Assembly: GCA_964450385.1 (NCBI GenBank) | Contig: CAYVEC010000003.1 | Coordinates: 4,104-68,103, forward strand | Source: an uncultured Planctomycetales bacterium | Lineage (GTDB): Bacteria; Omnitrophota; Gorgyraeia; Zapsychrales; JANLHA01 | Direction of reading: 5' to 3' | DNA length: 64,000 bases | Shown: positions 37,478-47,566 of the stretch, piece after piece | How positions within the stretch are numbered: position 1 is the first letter of the stretch | How the letters are laid out: every line of letters begins with the position of its first letter | Made by a program: the position numbers and the translations under genes | Notes under the pieces: model-generated | Database searches by the model: none | Seen by the model: only the letters and a program-made list of their open reading frames with translations | Told to the model about the DNA's origin: nothing

Positions 37478-38227
37478 ATGAATATCATGGATGCGATTGT
37501 CCTGGGTCTTCTCTGTGTGTCGCTCTGGATCGGATGGCGGCGGGGCTTTGTCCGAACGATCATGGGTCCTGTGTCGATGGCTGTTTGTGTTTATGCGGCC
37601 TATTATTATCTTCGGACGGCAGGCCTGGTCATCGCGGTGTGCATTTCCTTACTTGGCCCGGTGGTGATTGCGCTTCTCATGAAGCTCGCTCGGTGGATTT
37701 TGTATAAACCCCAGGATAAGGCGGCTGAGGAGGGGACGCTCACCATGGTCAACCATTGGTTGGGCATGGCGGCAAGTTTCGGGTGGGCGGTCTTTTTGAT
37801 CTGGGTGACGTATTTGGCGGTGGTGTATACCTATGTCCCGGTGCGCTTGACCATTCTTGACCCGGTCTATCGCACGGTCATTAACTCGACCGGGTATCGG
37901 CTGTTCTGCCGGGTTTCGGGACGGGACACGTTATGCCGCGCCCAACAGTCCGGTTTTCAATCCGGCGGCGATGGGGCTGCCGTCGACATGGACCGGATCC
38001 GGACGTCAGAGGAGTATACGCGTTTGATCACACGCCCTGAGGTGAAGCGCCTCTTTGAGAATGAAACATTTTTAACATACGCGCGCGAACGGAATTTTTC
38101 TGGGATCATTCAGGATAAGGAGTTTCAGCAGATTCTTGCTGATCCGGAGGTCTTAAAGGATTTCATGAAATTATATCAACGGATGGTTGAGGTCCAGTCA
38201 GACGCGGCGCCAGAGGCCGTTAAGTAG
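37478..38227 (+). CDS. CvpA-family membrane protein
   Basis: N-terminus MNIMDAIVLGLLCVSLWIGWRRGFVR is like CvpA, with 4 TM helices. RBS AGGAGG. Confidence 0.65.
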   Translation: MNIMDAIVLGLLCVSLWIGWRRGFVRTIMGPVSMAVCVYAAYYYLRTAGLVIAVCISLLGPVVIALLMKLARWILYKPQDKAAEEGTLTMVNHWLGMAASFGWAVFLIWVTYLAVVYTYVPVRLTILDPVYRTVINSTGYRLFCRVSGRDTLCRAQQSGFQSGGDGAAVDMDRIRTSEEYTRLITRPEVKRLFENETFLTYARERNFSGIIQDKEFQQILADPEVLKDFMKLYQRMVEVQSDAAPEAVK

Positions 38228-38249
38228 CTTGATCATCGGAGGAGAGAGA

Positions 38250-38645
38250 ATGGCAACTATTTTTTCGCGGATCATTCGGGGAGAGATCCCCTGTCACAAG
38301 ATCGCTGAGGATGAGCGGTTTCTTGCTTTTTTGGATATCCGCCCGCTCCGGCCTGGGCACACCCTGGTCATTCCGAAAGAGGAGAGTAATTATATTTTTT
38401 CTATGGAAGACACGGCCCTCGCGGACTTGATGGTCTTTGCTAAGAAGGTGGCGCGACGGATCGAACGCGCGGTCCCGTGTGAGCGCATCGGTGTCATTGT
38501 CTGCGGGATCGAGGTCCCGCATACCCATATTCATCTTGTGCCGATCGATGCGGTCCGAGATCTGAATTTTGCCAATGCTAAAGAGATGCCGAACGAGGAG
38601 CTTGCGGCGATCGCCGAGAGGATCCGGGGTGTTGCGGAAGGATGA
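38250..38645 (+). CDS. HIT-family (histidine triad) protein
   Basis: HTHIHLVP histidine triad in a HinT-like protein of 131 aa. Confidence 0.85.
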   Translation: MATIFSRIIRGEIPCHKIAEDERFLAFLDIRPLRPGHTLVIPKEESNYIFSMEDTALADLMVFAKKVARRIERAVPCERIGVIVCGIEVPHTHIHLVPIDAVRDLNFANAKEMPNEELAAIAERIRGVAEG

Positions 38646-38752
38646 GGGGGTGATTGGGCTTGCAGAAATCGGCTGGCCGGATTACAATAGGGCGGTTTTT
38701 TAACATTATATGCATGGCCGCTAAAGACGGCGAAGGGGAAAGGGAGTGCAAG

Positions 38753-40822
38753 ATGTCTCAGATGTCGTCGGGAAAAAATCTAGAGGGCATGTTCCGGCCG
38801 AAAACGATCGCGGTGATCGGTGCCTCGGCAAATCCGGATAAGATCGGGTATCAGATCCTTCATAATCTGATCGCCGGAGGGTTCGAGGGCCAGGTCTTTC
38901 CGATCAATCCAAAACCCGGCGATATTCTCGGCCGGCCGGCGTTCGCCTCGGTTACGGCGGTCCCCGGTGCTATTGATCTCGCCGTTATCACCATCCCCGC
39001 GCCGATGGTGAAGGCCTCCCTCGAAGAGTGCGCCCGTAAGGGAATAAAGAATGTTGCGGTTATTACCTCAGGATTCGGTGAGGTGGGAAAAAAGGCCGAG
39101 GAGGCAGAGCTCAAGGCGATCGCAGATGCCAATGGGATATCACTCGTCGGGCCGAATACTCTCGGTGTTGTCTATTCGCCGTCGCGGATGAATGCCAGTT
39201 TTGGCCCCCAGGAGATCCTTCCGGGGAATATCGCCTTTATTTCGCAGAGCGGGGCGCTCGCGATATCGCTGATGGGCTGGACGATGATGGAGCGGATTGG
39301 GCTTTCCTCGCTCGTCAGCCTCGGGAACAAATGTGATGTTGATGAGAAAGACTTGATTGAATATTTTAATCATGACGAGAATGTCAAGGTGATCGTCATC
39401 TATATGGAGGGGATCAAGGACGGTCAAAAATTCATGACGACGGAGATCCGAAAGCCCGTCGTGGTCCTTAAGGTCGGCCGGTCTCAGCGTGGCGCCAAGG
39501 CCGCGGCCTCCCATACGGGATCGCTTTCCGGGTCGGACAAGATTTATGATGCGGTCTTCCGCCAGCTCGGGATCCTTCGCGCTGATTCGTTCAGCGAGGC
39601 GTTTGCCTGGTCACGGGCCTTGTCCCTGCCCTTGCCCGAGGGTGACGAGACGATTATCATTACGAACGGCGGGGGGATCGGGGTTGCGGCGACCGATGCC
39701 TGTGAGGCAAGCGGGATCCCTCTTTTGGACGATCCGGCCTGGCTCGAGGAACGTTTTCGGGCAACAATGCCGGATTTCGGCAGCACCAAGAATCCTATCG
39801 ATATTACCGGTCAGGCCCATGGGGATAAATACCGCCAGGCCGCCGCAGTGGCCTTGAGGGAGGGGCGCATCAAATCGGCTGTGATTCTTTATTGTGAAAC
39901 GGCGGTCACGGACCCGATGGAGATCGCCTCAGCGATCGAGGCCGAATATGCGGAGTCCGGCCGGAAGAAGCCCTTGGTCGTGGCCATGGTCGGTGGAGAG
40001 CGGTCGCGTTCGGCGCTTCACTTTTTGGATGAACGCGGGATCCCGGCCTTTTCATCTGTTGATGAGGCGATCTCGGCCATGAAGAGCCTGTATCAGTGGC
40101 GGACGATCAAGTCGACCCCGCGGGCACGGACAGCGGTTCCCCCGGCGCCGGCCGAGGTTGTTGCCCTTTTTGATCGGGTTCGGGCTGAGGGCCGGACCGC
40201 GCTCCTTGAGCATGAGGCCCGCGAGGTCCTCGAGCGCTGCGGGGTGCCGACGCCGAAATGGGGATTCGCCACAAATCTTGAGGAGGCCGTGCAGAAGGCG
40301 GCAGGGATATATCCTCTTGCCATGAAGATTACCTCGCCGGATATCCTTCATAAGACTGATGTCGGGGGGGTTGTGGTCAATATCCGCAACGAGGCGGAAT
40401 TAAAAGAGAAGTATGAACAGATGATGGAACGTGTTCGGCAGAAGACCCCTAGCGCAAAGATCCTGGGGGTGAATCTGATCCAGATGGTGAGCGGCATCGA
40501 ATGTATCGTCGGGATGAGCCGCGATCCGCAATTCGGTTCTGCGGTCATGTTCGGGCTCGGGGGGGTCTTTGTTGAGGCCTTGAAAGACGTCACCTTCCGT
40601 GTCGTGCCGTTTAGCGATCATGAGGCTGAGCAGATGACCCGTGAGATCAAGGCCCGGAAGGTCCTAGCGGGCTTTCGCGGTATGCGCGCGGATGTCCCTT
40701 CGCTTGTCAAAACATTGATGGCCATTCAGCAGATTGCGCCGTACGTGAAGGAGGTGGACATTAACCCGCTTCTCACGAATGCTGACGGCAGTTTTGCGGT
40801 TGATGCGCGGATCATTTTGTAA
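38753..40822 (+). CDS. Acetyl-CoA synthetase (ADP-forming), fused alpha/beta
   Basis: A CoA-binding N-terminal domain (KTIAVIGASANPDKIGY), an SCS-like ligase domain and a C-terminal ATP-grasp, 689 aa. Confidence 0.8.
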   Translation: MSQMSSGKNLEGMFRPKTIAVIGASANPDKIGYQILHNLIAGGFEGQVFPINPKPGDILGRPAFASVTAVPGAIDLAVITIPAPMVKASLEECARKGIKNVAVITSGFGEVGKKAEEAELKAIADANGISLVGPNTLGVVYSPSRMNASFGPQEILPGNIAFISQSGALAISLMGWTMMERIGLSSLVSLGNKCDVDEKDLIEYFNHDENVKVIVIYMEGIKDGQKFMTTEIRKPVVVLKVGRSQRGAKAAASHTGSLSGSDKIYDAVFRQLGILRADSFSEAFAWSRALSLPLPEGDETIIITNGGGIGVAATDACEASGIPLLDDPAWLEERFRATMPDFGSTKNPIDITGQAHGDKYRQAAAVALREGRIKSAVILYCETAVTDPMEIASAIEAEYAESGRKKPLVVAMVGGERSRSALHFLDERGIPAFSSVDEAISAMKSLYQWRTIKSTPRARTAVPPAPAEVVALFDRVRAEGRTALLEHEAREVLERCGVPTPKWGFATNLEEAVQKAAGIYPLAMKITSPDILHKTDVGGVVVNIRNEAELKEKYEQMMERVRQKTPSAKILGVNLIQMVSGIECIVGMSRDPQFGSAVMFGLGGVFVEALKDVTFRVVPFSDHEAEQMTREIKARKVLAGFRGMRADVPSLVKTLMAIQQIAPYVKEVDINPLLTNADGSFAVDARIIL

Positions 40823-40949
40823 GACCTGCGATTCCTATTGAAAATCCGGACGTTTATTATTAAAATGTTGTCATATCAGAAGGGCGGCCTGGTCTGAGAC
40901 CAGGCCGTTGTTGTTAGCACTTTCGTATGATGATAGAGGAAAGAGGACG

Positions 40950-42335
40950 ATGATGAAAATTAAAGCATTGGCGCTTGTGATCATTTCAGCGCTTACAGGG
41001 TTTCTTGGGCACAGGATCGGGTTTTCGGTTGAACAATCCGTGATCGTATCTGTTTTTATGATGTCGATCATCGGCACACTCTTTTTTTGGGATGTGAAAT
41101 TGAGCTTTGCCTTTATTGGGGCCGGGGTCTTGTTGTCGATCGGAGCGGTGAATATGGAGGATTTTATCCGTTTCGCGTCGCTTGATGTTATTCTTTTTTT
41201 GATCGCGATGATGATCATTGTCGGCATGATGAAAGATGCGGGATTTTTTGAGTGGCTGATCACCCTGGTCCTCCGCGTCAAACGGCTGAGCGGTTGGAAG
41301 ATGTTCGCGATCTTGATGATCGCCTCGGCGGTGTTCTCATCCCTGATGGGGGAGGTGGCTTCGATCATTGTCATGACGATGGTCATCCTGAATATCTGTG
41401 ACTTTTTGGACGAGGATCCGTTGCCGCTCGTCATCTCATCGGTCATGGCCACGAATATTGGCTCGGCATCAACAGTGCTCGGGAATCCCGTTGGGGTCCT
41501 GATCGCGGCCCGCGGGAACCTTTCGTTTGAGGACTTTCTGACACACGCCCTTCCCGTTTCGTTGGTTGTCCTCGTTCTGATGATCCTCGTGATGGCGGGC
41601 TGGTTCCGCCGCTATCTCGCGAGCATTGATCGAAAGATCAAGGTCTTTGGGGAGGATAAGGGGTTCTTATACTTGATCTCGATCCCTCCGGATATCCGGA
41701 CCCGCGTCAGTATTGGGATCTTTTTGGCGACCATCGTACTGATCGGATTCCATCGCCGCTTTGAGCTGATGCTCGGACTCGAACACAATACGATGCTGAT
41801 CGTGATCCCGGTGGTCGCAGCCGGGATCGTCATGGTCTACCGGTATGACCGCGCGCGCTACTATATCGAGCATGAGGTCGAGTGGCCGTCTCTGTTGTTT
41901 TTTATGTTCTTGTTCGCTCAGGCCGGGGTGATCCAGGCCTCGGGGATCGCGGACCTCTTGGCGGATAAGTTGTTCTCGACCCTAGGGAACAGCCCGAGTC
42001 TCCTTGCCGGGATCGTGCTGCTCTCGAGCGGTTTTTTATCGTCGATCTTGGATAATGTCGTCACCGTCGCGTCCTATGTGCCGATCATTACAAGCCTGGA
42101 CGCCTTTCATGTGAGTCTTAAGCCCCTGTGGTGGGCCCTGCTCTTTGGGGCGTGTTACGGCGGGAATATCACGATGATCGGGTCTACGGCCAATATTGTG
42201 GCCCTCGGGCTTCTTGAGAAAGAATGCCATATCAAGGTGACGGCCATGATGTGGCTGAAGATCGGAGCTCTTGTCGGGTTCTTGAGCATGGCGGCCGCGT
42301 ATATCGCGATCGCCGTGGTGCCGAGTTTTCAGTAA
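40950..42335 (+). CDS. ArsB/NhaD-superfamily ion transporter
   Basis: A 10-12 TM permease with an internal duplication and GNPVGVLIAA-type motifs. The family assignment is tentative. Confidence 0.5.
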   Translation: MMKIKALALVIISALTGFLGHRIGFSVEQSVIVSVFMMSIIGTLFFWDVKLSFAFIGAGVLLSIGAVNMEDFIRFASLDVILFLIAMMIIVGMMKDAGFFEWLITLVLRVKRLSGWKMFAILMIASAVFSSLMGEVASIIVMTMVILNICDFLDEDPLPLVISSVMATNIGSASTVLGNPVGVLIAARGNLSFEDFLTHALPVSLVVLVLMILVMAGWFRRYLASIDRKIKVFGEDKGFLYLISIPPDIRTRVSIGIFLATIVLIGFHRRFELMLGLEHNTMLIVIPVVAAGIVMVYRYDRARYYIEHEVEWPSLLFFMFLFAQAGVIQASGIADLLADKLFSTLGNSPSLLAGIVLLSSGFLSSILDNVVTVASYVPIITSLDAFHVSLKPLWWALLFGACYGGNITMIGSTANIVALGLLEKECHIKVTAMMWLKIGALVGFLSMAAAYIAIAVVPSFQ

Positions 42336-42394
42336 CTGTTCGGAAGGGAAGGGCTGTGGGGCGTCGAGAGCAGACAACGAAGCCATCAGGAGGG

Positions 42395-43066
42395 TTGATC
42401 GGATTTGTCTTCCGCTCGCCGGCCGCGGTCTTCCTCATTGTCTTGAATGTGGCTGCCTTCGCTGTTCTTCAATACACCGCGTTCGGCCAGACCTATATTT
42501 CGGAATTGATCGTTTTTCCCGGGAATCTGATCAAAGGGAATTTCTGGTGCCTGTTCACCTCAGGGTTTGTCCACGTTAATACAATGCACCTCGCCTTGAA
42601 TATGCTCGGGATCTTTGTTTTCGCGTATATTGTGGAACAGCATATGGGGTGGGCCAAGACGGTCTTTATTTATATCGGCGCCTTGCTCGTGTCGATGCTC
42701 GGATCGACCATGATCTATGCCTTGGTCATGCATCGGAATGTCGCGATCGTGGGGGCGTCGGGCGCGGTGATGGGGCTGATGGGGGCGGCCGTGCTCCTCG
42801 CACCGTTCTCCGTGACCTTTGAGATGCTCCTGCCTCTCCCGACCATGGTCAAGGGGTGGCTGTTCTTGTGGGCGGACTTGAAAGGGTTCTTGGGGGGCGA
42901 GAGCGGGGGGACGTCGCATCTCGCGCATCTGACCGGATTCGCGTCGATCGTTCTCCTGATGTACTTTTTGGCCAAGGACGACCGCAGGAAGATGACCGTC
43001 GGGTTCGCGATCAACCTTGTTTCGCTTGCCGTTGTGGTTTGGGCCAAACAGAGATTTTTTCCCTAA
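42395..43066 (+). CDS. Rhomboid family intramembrane serine protease
   Basis: GASGAVMGLMGA (GxSG) and AHLTGF catalytic His in 6 TMs. TTG start with AGGAGG RBS; the ORF-track N-terminus overlaps the transporter and is probably not translated. Confidence 0.75.
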   Translation: MIGFVFRSPAAVFLIVLNVAAFAVLQYTAFGQTYISELIVFPGNLIKGNFWCLFTSGFVHVNTMHLALNMLGIFVFAYIVEQHMGWAKTVFIYIGALLVSMLGSTMIYALVMHRNVAIVGASGAVMGLMGAAVLLAPFSVTFEMLLPLPTMVKGWLFLWADLKGFLGGESGGTSHLAHLTGFASIVLLMYFLAKDDRRKMTVGFAINLVSLAVVVWAKQRFFP

Positions 43067-43097
43067 TCGATCTGCGAGACGAATGGAGGAACGAGCA

Positions 43098-43949
43098 ATG
43101 CCTCATGCGATTCTGTTGATATCCTGTCCTGACCGCCGGGGGATCACGGCAGCGGTGACGAATTTTGTCTTTCAGAACGGCGGGAATATTATCCACGCCG
43201 ACCAGCATATCGATGATCAGACGAACACCTTTTTTATGCGGATCGAGTGGTCTCTCGACAGCTTTGTGCTGACGCGCGAGCAGATCGTCGCACAGTTTTC
43301 TCGGATCGCGGCAGACTTCGGGATGACCTGGAAATTGTTCTTTTCTGACGAAGTCCCTCGCGTTGCGGTCTTCGCCTCACAGCGGCTCCATTGCCTCTAT
43401 GATCTTTTATTGAAACATCGGGCCGGGTATCTGCCTTGCGTGATCCCGCTCATCATCAGCAATCACGAGGATGCGGCCCCGGTCGCCGCGTCGTTCGGCA
43501 TTGAGTTCGCGTTTTTTCCGATTACACCCGAGACCAAGGCCGAGCAGGAGGAGCGGGAATTGGAATTGCTCAGTGCCCGTGGTATCTCTCTCATTGTCCT
43601 GGCTCGGTATCATCAGGTCCTGACCGCAGATTTCATCGCCCGCTACCCGAATCGTGTCATCAACATCCATCACTCCTTTTTGCCTGCCTTTCCCGGACGG
43701 GAACCCTATCTGCGCGCCTATGAGCGCGGGGTCAAGATCATCGGCGCGACGAGTCATTATGTCACGGCCGCGCTCGATGAGGGTCCGATCATTGAGCAGG
43801 ACACGGTGCGCGTTAGCCACCGCGACACGGTTGAGGACATGGTTCGGCAGGGTGAGGAGCTCGAAAAGATGGTTTTGAGCCGCGCCGTCCGATGGGACCT
43901 CGAACATAAGATCCTGTGTTACGCGAATAAAACAGTTGTTTTTGATTAG
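43098..43949 (+). CDS. purU: Formyltetrahydrofolate deformylase
   Basis: N-terminal ACT plus a formyltransferase domain (INIHHSFLPAFPG, SHYVT). Confidence 0.85.
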   Translation: MPHAILLISCPDRRGITAAVTNFVFQNGGNIIHADQHIDDQTNTFFMRIEWSLDSFVLTREQIVAQFSRIAADFGMTWKLFFSDEVPRVAVFASQRLHCLYDLLLKHRAGYLPCVIPLIISNHEDAAPVAASFGIEFAFFPITPETKAEQEERELELLSARGISLIVLARYHQVLTADFIARYPNRVINIHHSFLPAFPGREPYLRAYERGVKIIGATSHYVTAALDEGPIIEQDTVRVSHRDTVEDMVRQGEELEKMVLSRAVRWDLEHKILCYANKTVVFD

Positions 43950-43964
43950 GACGAGGGGGCTGTA

Positions 43965-45182
43965 ATGTCGATCCCTGAACTCTTGGCGCCGGCCGGTGAT
44001 TGGCCGTCCCTCAATGCGGCTCTTGAGGCAGGGGCTGACAGTGTCTATTTTGGGCTTCATGGCCTGAATATGCGTGAGGCGGCCGAGAATTTCGAGACGA
44101 GCGAGCTCCCCCGGGTGATGGCGGCCCTTCACGACAAAGGGAGGCGCGGCTATCTCGCGTTAAATACTGTGATGCTCTCTCGGGATCTTTCGAGGATTCG
44201 AATGATGATCGATGCCGTGGCACGGTCCGGGGTTGATGCCGTGATCGCCTGGGACCTTGCTGTTGTTCGGCAGGCCAGGGTCGCGGGCCTGACGGTGCAT
44301 CTCTCGACCCAGGCAAGTGTCGCTAATATCGAGGCTGTGGAGGAATACGCGGCCCTGGGGGCGCGGCGCGTTGTCCTGGCCCGCGAGTGTACGCTCGCGG
44401 ACATTGCCGAGATCACTTCCGAGATTCGCCGTCGGGGGATCGTCTGTGAGGTCGAGGTCTTTATCCACGGGGCGATGTGCGTCTCGGTCTCCGGACGTTG
44501 TTTTATGTCGCACGAGGCCTTCGGGAAATCCGCGAACCGTGGAGAATGTCTTCAGCCGTGCCGGCGGGAATTTCGAATCCAGGATGCTGACGGGGAGAGT
44601 GAATATTTTCTTGGCAGTGATTATGTTTTAAGCCCGAAAGACCTCTGCACGATCGATTTTTTGGACCGCGTCATTGAGACCGGTGCGGCGTGCTTGAAGA
44701 TCGAGGGGCGGATGCGGCCGCCTGAATATGTGCGGCGTGTAACCCAGGTTTACCGCCAGGCGCTCGACGCCTATGCTCGCGGGGAGTTGACGGATGCGTT
44801 TAAAGGCGAACTGAAGGTCCTGCTCGGCGAGGTCTATCATCGGGGATTTTCATCGGGTTTTTATTTTGGTGCTCCGGGCCGGGATGACTGGAGCCAGGGT
44901 CTGGGACATTCGCATACTAAGGAATTCGTCGGTGATGTGGCAAGATTTTTTGAGCGGTTGTCCGTGGCCCAGGTGAAGGTTCGGGCCCAACAGATCCGGT
45001 GCGGGGAGACGCTTCTTTTTATCGGGAAACAGACCGCGGCCCGCTCATGCTCGCTCGAAGAGATGCAGCGCCAGGGACTGTTTATCCGTGAGGCGGTCAA
45101 GGGTGACGAGGTCGGGATCAAAGTCCCGTTTGCGCTTCGGCCTGGGGACAAGGTCTTTCGATGGATTGAGAGGAGGACGTGA
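43965..45182 (+). CDS. Peptidase U32 family protein
   Basis: U32 signature E-x-F-x-H-G-A-x-C-x-S-x-S-G-x-C (EVFIHGAMCVSVSGRC). Confidence 0.8.
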   Translation: MSIPELLAPAGDWPSLNAALEAGADSVYFGLHGLNMREAAENFETSELPRVMAALHDKGRRGYLALNTVMLSRDLSRIRMMIDAVARSGVDAVIAWDLAVVRQARVAGLTVHLSTQASVANIEAVEEYAALGARRVVLARECTLADIAEITSEIRRRGIVCEVEVFIHGAMCVSVSGRCFMSHEAFGKSANRGECLQPCRREFRIQDADGESEYFLGSDYVLSPKDLCTIDFLDRVIETGAACLKIEGRMRPPEYVRRVTQVYRQALDAYARGELTDAFKGELKVLLGEVYHRGFSSGFYFGAPGRDDWSQGLGHSHTKEFVGDVARFFERLSVAQVKVRAQQIRCGETLLFIGKQTAARSCSLEEMQRQGLFIREAVKGDEVGIKVPFALRPGDKVFRWIERRT

Positions 45183-45184
45183 CG

Positions 45185-46156
45185 ATGAGATGGCGTATTT
45201 TGATTGCGGTTGTGGGGTTCGTTCTCGCGGGGTGGGCCAATGCCCATGCCGAGGGGCGTGCCTTTGTTCCAGCGGCGGGGCATACGATGGTCGTGATTGG
45301 TTCGAATCAGGCGGATATTGAGGGGTATTTGAAGGAGGTGGGTGGGATTCCGGCAGGGTTCATGGTTTACACTTCGGTCCAGGAGGCTGACGGGTTGAGT
45401 GACCCCGCCCCGGACCGGGGAGCGGGGGTCCAGTTTGCCCAGCCGCTCATTCATCGCTACCCTGATACCGTGATTCAGTTGGGGCTGTATATGGTTGGGG
45501 CGCTCGACGGGATTGTCGCGGGGCAGTATGATGATCGCCTCGACACGATCATAGAATGGGTCGCGTCTGCGCGTCGGCCGGTCTATCTGCGGATCGGTTA
45601 TGAATTTGATCTTGAGGCGAATCAGTATGATCCGGCGCTCTATCGGCAGGCGTTCCGGTATATTGTCGACCGGTTCCGCGCGAGCGGTGTTGACAATGCC
45701 GCGTTTGTCTGGCATTCGTATGGCCGGGTTCGGCCGGGCCGGCCGGTCACGGAGTGGTATCCGGGCGATGATTATGTGGATTGGTTCGGCCTGTCATTCT
45801 TCGACGCCTTTAATAAATCGGATGCAGCGCGGTTTGCCCGCCTTGCTGGGCAGCACGGAAAACCGCTCATGATCGCCGAGGCTACGCCTTATCGCGTGGG
45901 CGTCCTTGAGGGCGAGAGGTCCTGGACCCGGTGGTTCGCGCGTCTTTTTGATTTTATCGAGGCCTGGGATGTCCACATGGTCTGCTACATCAATAGTGAC
46001 TGGGAGGCCCAGCCGATGTTCCGAGGCCAGGGGTGGGGCGATGCCCGCCTTGATCGTCATCGTGATGTGAAAAGAAAATGGATCGCCAAAATTTCCGAGC
46101 CGCGGTATCTCATGTCGTCACCCGGGCTCTGGTCAGAGCTGTCCTTCGGGAAATGA
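45185..46156 (+). CDS. Secreted glycoside hydrolase family 26-like protein (putative beta-mannanase)
   Basis: A signal peptide and GH26-like blocks (YLRIGYEFD, WYPGDDYVDWFGLSFFD). Confidence 0.6.
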   Translation: MRWRILIAVVGFVLAGWANAHAEGRAFVPAAGHTMVVIGSNQADIEGYLKEVGGIPAGFMVYTSVQEADGLSDPAPDRGAGVQFAQPLIHRYPDTVIQLGLYMVGALDGIVAGQYDDRLDTIIEWVASARRPVYLRIGYEFDLEANQYDPALYRQAFRYIVDRFRASGVDNAAFVWHSYGRVRPGRPVTEWYPGDDYVDWFGLSFFDAFNKSDAARFARLAGQHGKPLMIAEATPYRVGVLEGERSWTRWFARLFDFIEAWDVHMVCYINSDWEAQPMFRGQGWGDARLDRHRDVKRKWIAKISEPRYLMSSPGLWSELSFGK

Positions 46157-47475
46157 TCGTGGCACAGACACTGGAACTCAATCGGGATTTTCTTCGTGCG
46201 ATGGACCTGTTAGAGAACGGGACCGATCCGGTTTTTATCACAGGGAAGGCGGGGACCGGGAAGTCCACGCTCCTTCAATATTTTCGTGACCACACGACGA
46301 AGCGCGTCGCGGTCCTGGCGCCCACGGGTGTCGCCGCGATCAATGTCGGAGGGCAGACGGTCCATTCGTTTTTTCGGTTCAAACCGGACGTGACCCCGGA
46401 GATGATCGCGACGATGCGGCTTCGGCGGGATACGGCCGAGATGTACCGTCATCTTGACGCGGTGATCATCGATGAAGTCTCGATGCTTCGGGCCGACCTC
46501 CTGGATTGCGTGGACCGGTTTTTGCGCCGCTTTGGGCCTCGGACGGCCCTGCCGTTTGGTGGGGTCCAGATGATCTTCATCGGAGACCTCTTTCAGCTCC
46601 CGCCGGTCGTGAATCGTGACGAGGATTCGGCCTTTCGGGAGGCGTATCGCGGTCCGTATTTTTTTTGCGCCCGGGTCATGGAGGAGATCTCCCTGCGGTT
46701 TATCGACCTCGAGAAGATCTATCGTCAGCATGATGATGAGTTCATCGGACTTCTGAACGCCATCCGGCATGACCGGTTGACCCCAAAGCTGCTCGAGCGA
46801 TTGAACGCGCGCTATCAAAGCGACATCCATTCCCTGCCGGATGAGTTTGTCGTTTATTTAAGCACAACGAACGCGGTCGCGGACCGGATCAACGCTGAAC
46901 AGCTTCGGAGGATCCCCGGGGAGCCTTTTTGCCTTCAGGGAACGATCGACGGCCGTTTTGACGAGCGGGTCCTGCCGACGAAGCAGTTCCTGGACCTGAA
47001 GACCCATGCCCAGGTCATGCTGCTTAACAATGATCCCGAGGACCAGTGGGTGAATGGGTCGCTCGGACGCATTGTTTCAGTCGGGGAGGACCTGTCCCAG
47101 ACGGCGATGATCGCGGTTGAGCTTGATGACGGCCGGACCGTTGAGGTGGGGCCGTTCACCTGGGAGATGTATCGGTTCTCCTATAATCAGGGGACCCGGC
47201 AGCTTGAATCAGAGACCGTCGGATCGTTCCAGCAGTATCCCCTGAAACTTGCCTGGGCGGTCACGATCCACAAGAGCCAGGGCAAGACCTTTGATAAGGT
47301 GATCTTGGATATCGGAAGCGGGGCCTTTGCCCATGGTCAGACCTATGTAGCCTTGAGCCGCTGCCGCACTCTCGAGGGGATCACTCTTCGCCGGCCGATC
47401 AGCCGCAGGGACATTATCGTGGATCCTCAGGTCGTTGAATTCATGTCAGGCCTAGAGCAGAATGCCGGGGGGTAG
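46153..47475 (+). CDS. PIF1/RecD-like ATP-dependent DNA helicase
   Basis: Walker A GKAGTGKSTLL, PIF1-family motifs and a C-terminal UvrD_C_2-like region. ATGA overlap with the GH26 stop. Confidence 0.8.
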   Translation: MIVAQTLELNRDFLRAMDLLENGTDPVFITGKAGTGKSTLLQYFRDHTTKRVAVLAPTGVAAINVGGQTVHSFFRFKPDVTPEMIATMRLRRDTAEMYRHLDAVIIDEVSMLRADLLDCVDRFLRRFGPRTALPFGGVQMIFIGDLFQLPPVVNRDEDSAFREAYRGPYFFCARVMEEISLRFIDLEKIYRQHDDEFIGLLNAIRHDRLTPKLLERLNARYQSDIHSLPDEFVVYLSTTNAVADRINAEQLRRIPGEPFCLQGTIDGRFDERVLPTKQFLDLKTHAQVMLLNNDPEDQWVNGSLGRIVSVGEDLSQTAMIAVELDDGRTVEVGPFTWEMYRFSYNQGTRQLESETVGSFQQYPLKLAWAVTIHKSQGKTFDKVILDIGSGAFAHGQTYVALSRCRTLEGITLRRPISRRDIIVDPQVVEFMSGLEQNAGG

Positions 47476-47566
47476 GGAGGTTTTTTATTTACAAAGCTCT
47501 TTAATATGACTATTATGAGACTGTTGATAAAGGCTTCCGAAGAGATCATGGGAGGCAGCGAAAGTT

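Noticed and set aside
42224-42394. Listed N-terminal 57 aa of the rhomboid ORF, overlapping the transporter gene.
   Set aside because: It overlaps the upstream CDS by 112 nt in another frame. An AGGAGG RBS and a TTG start at 42395, immediately before the first TM helix, give a standard-length rhomboid.
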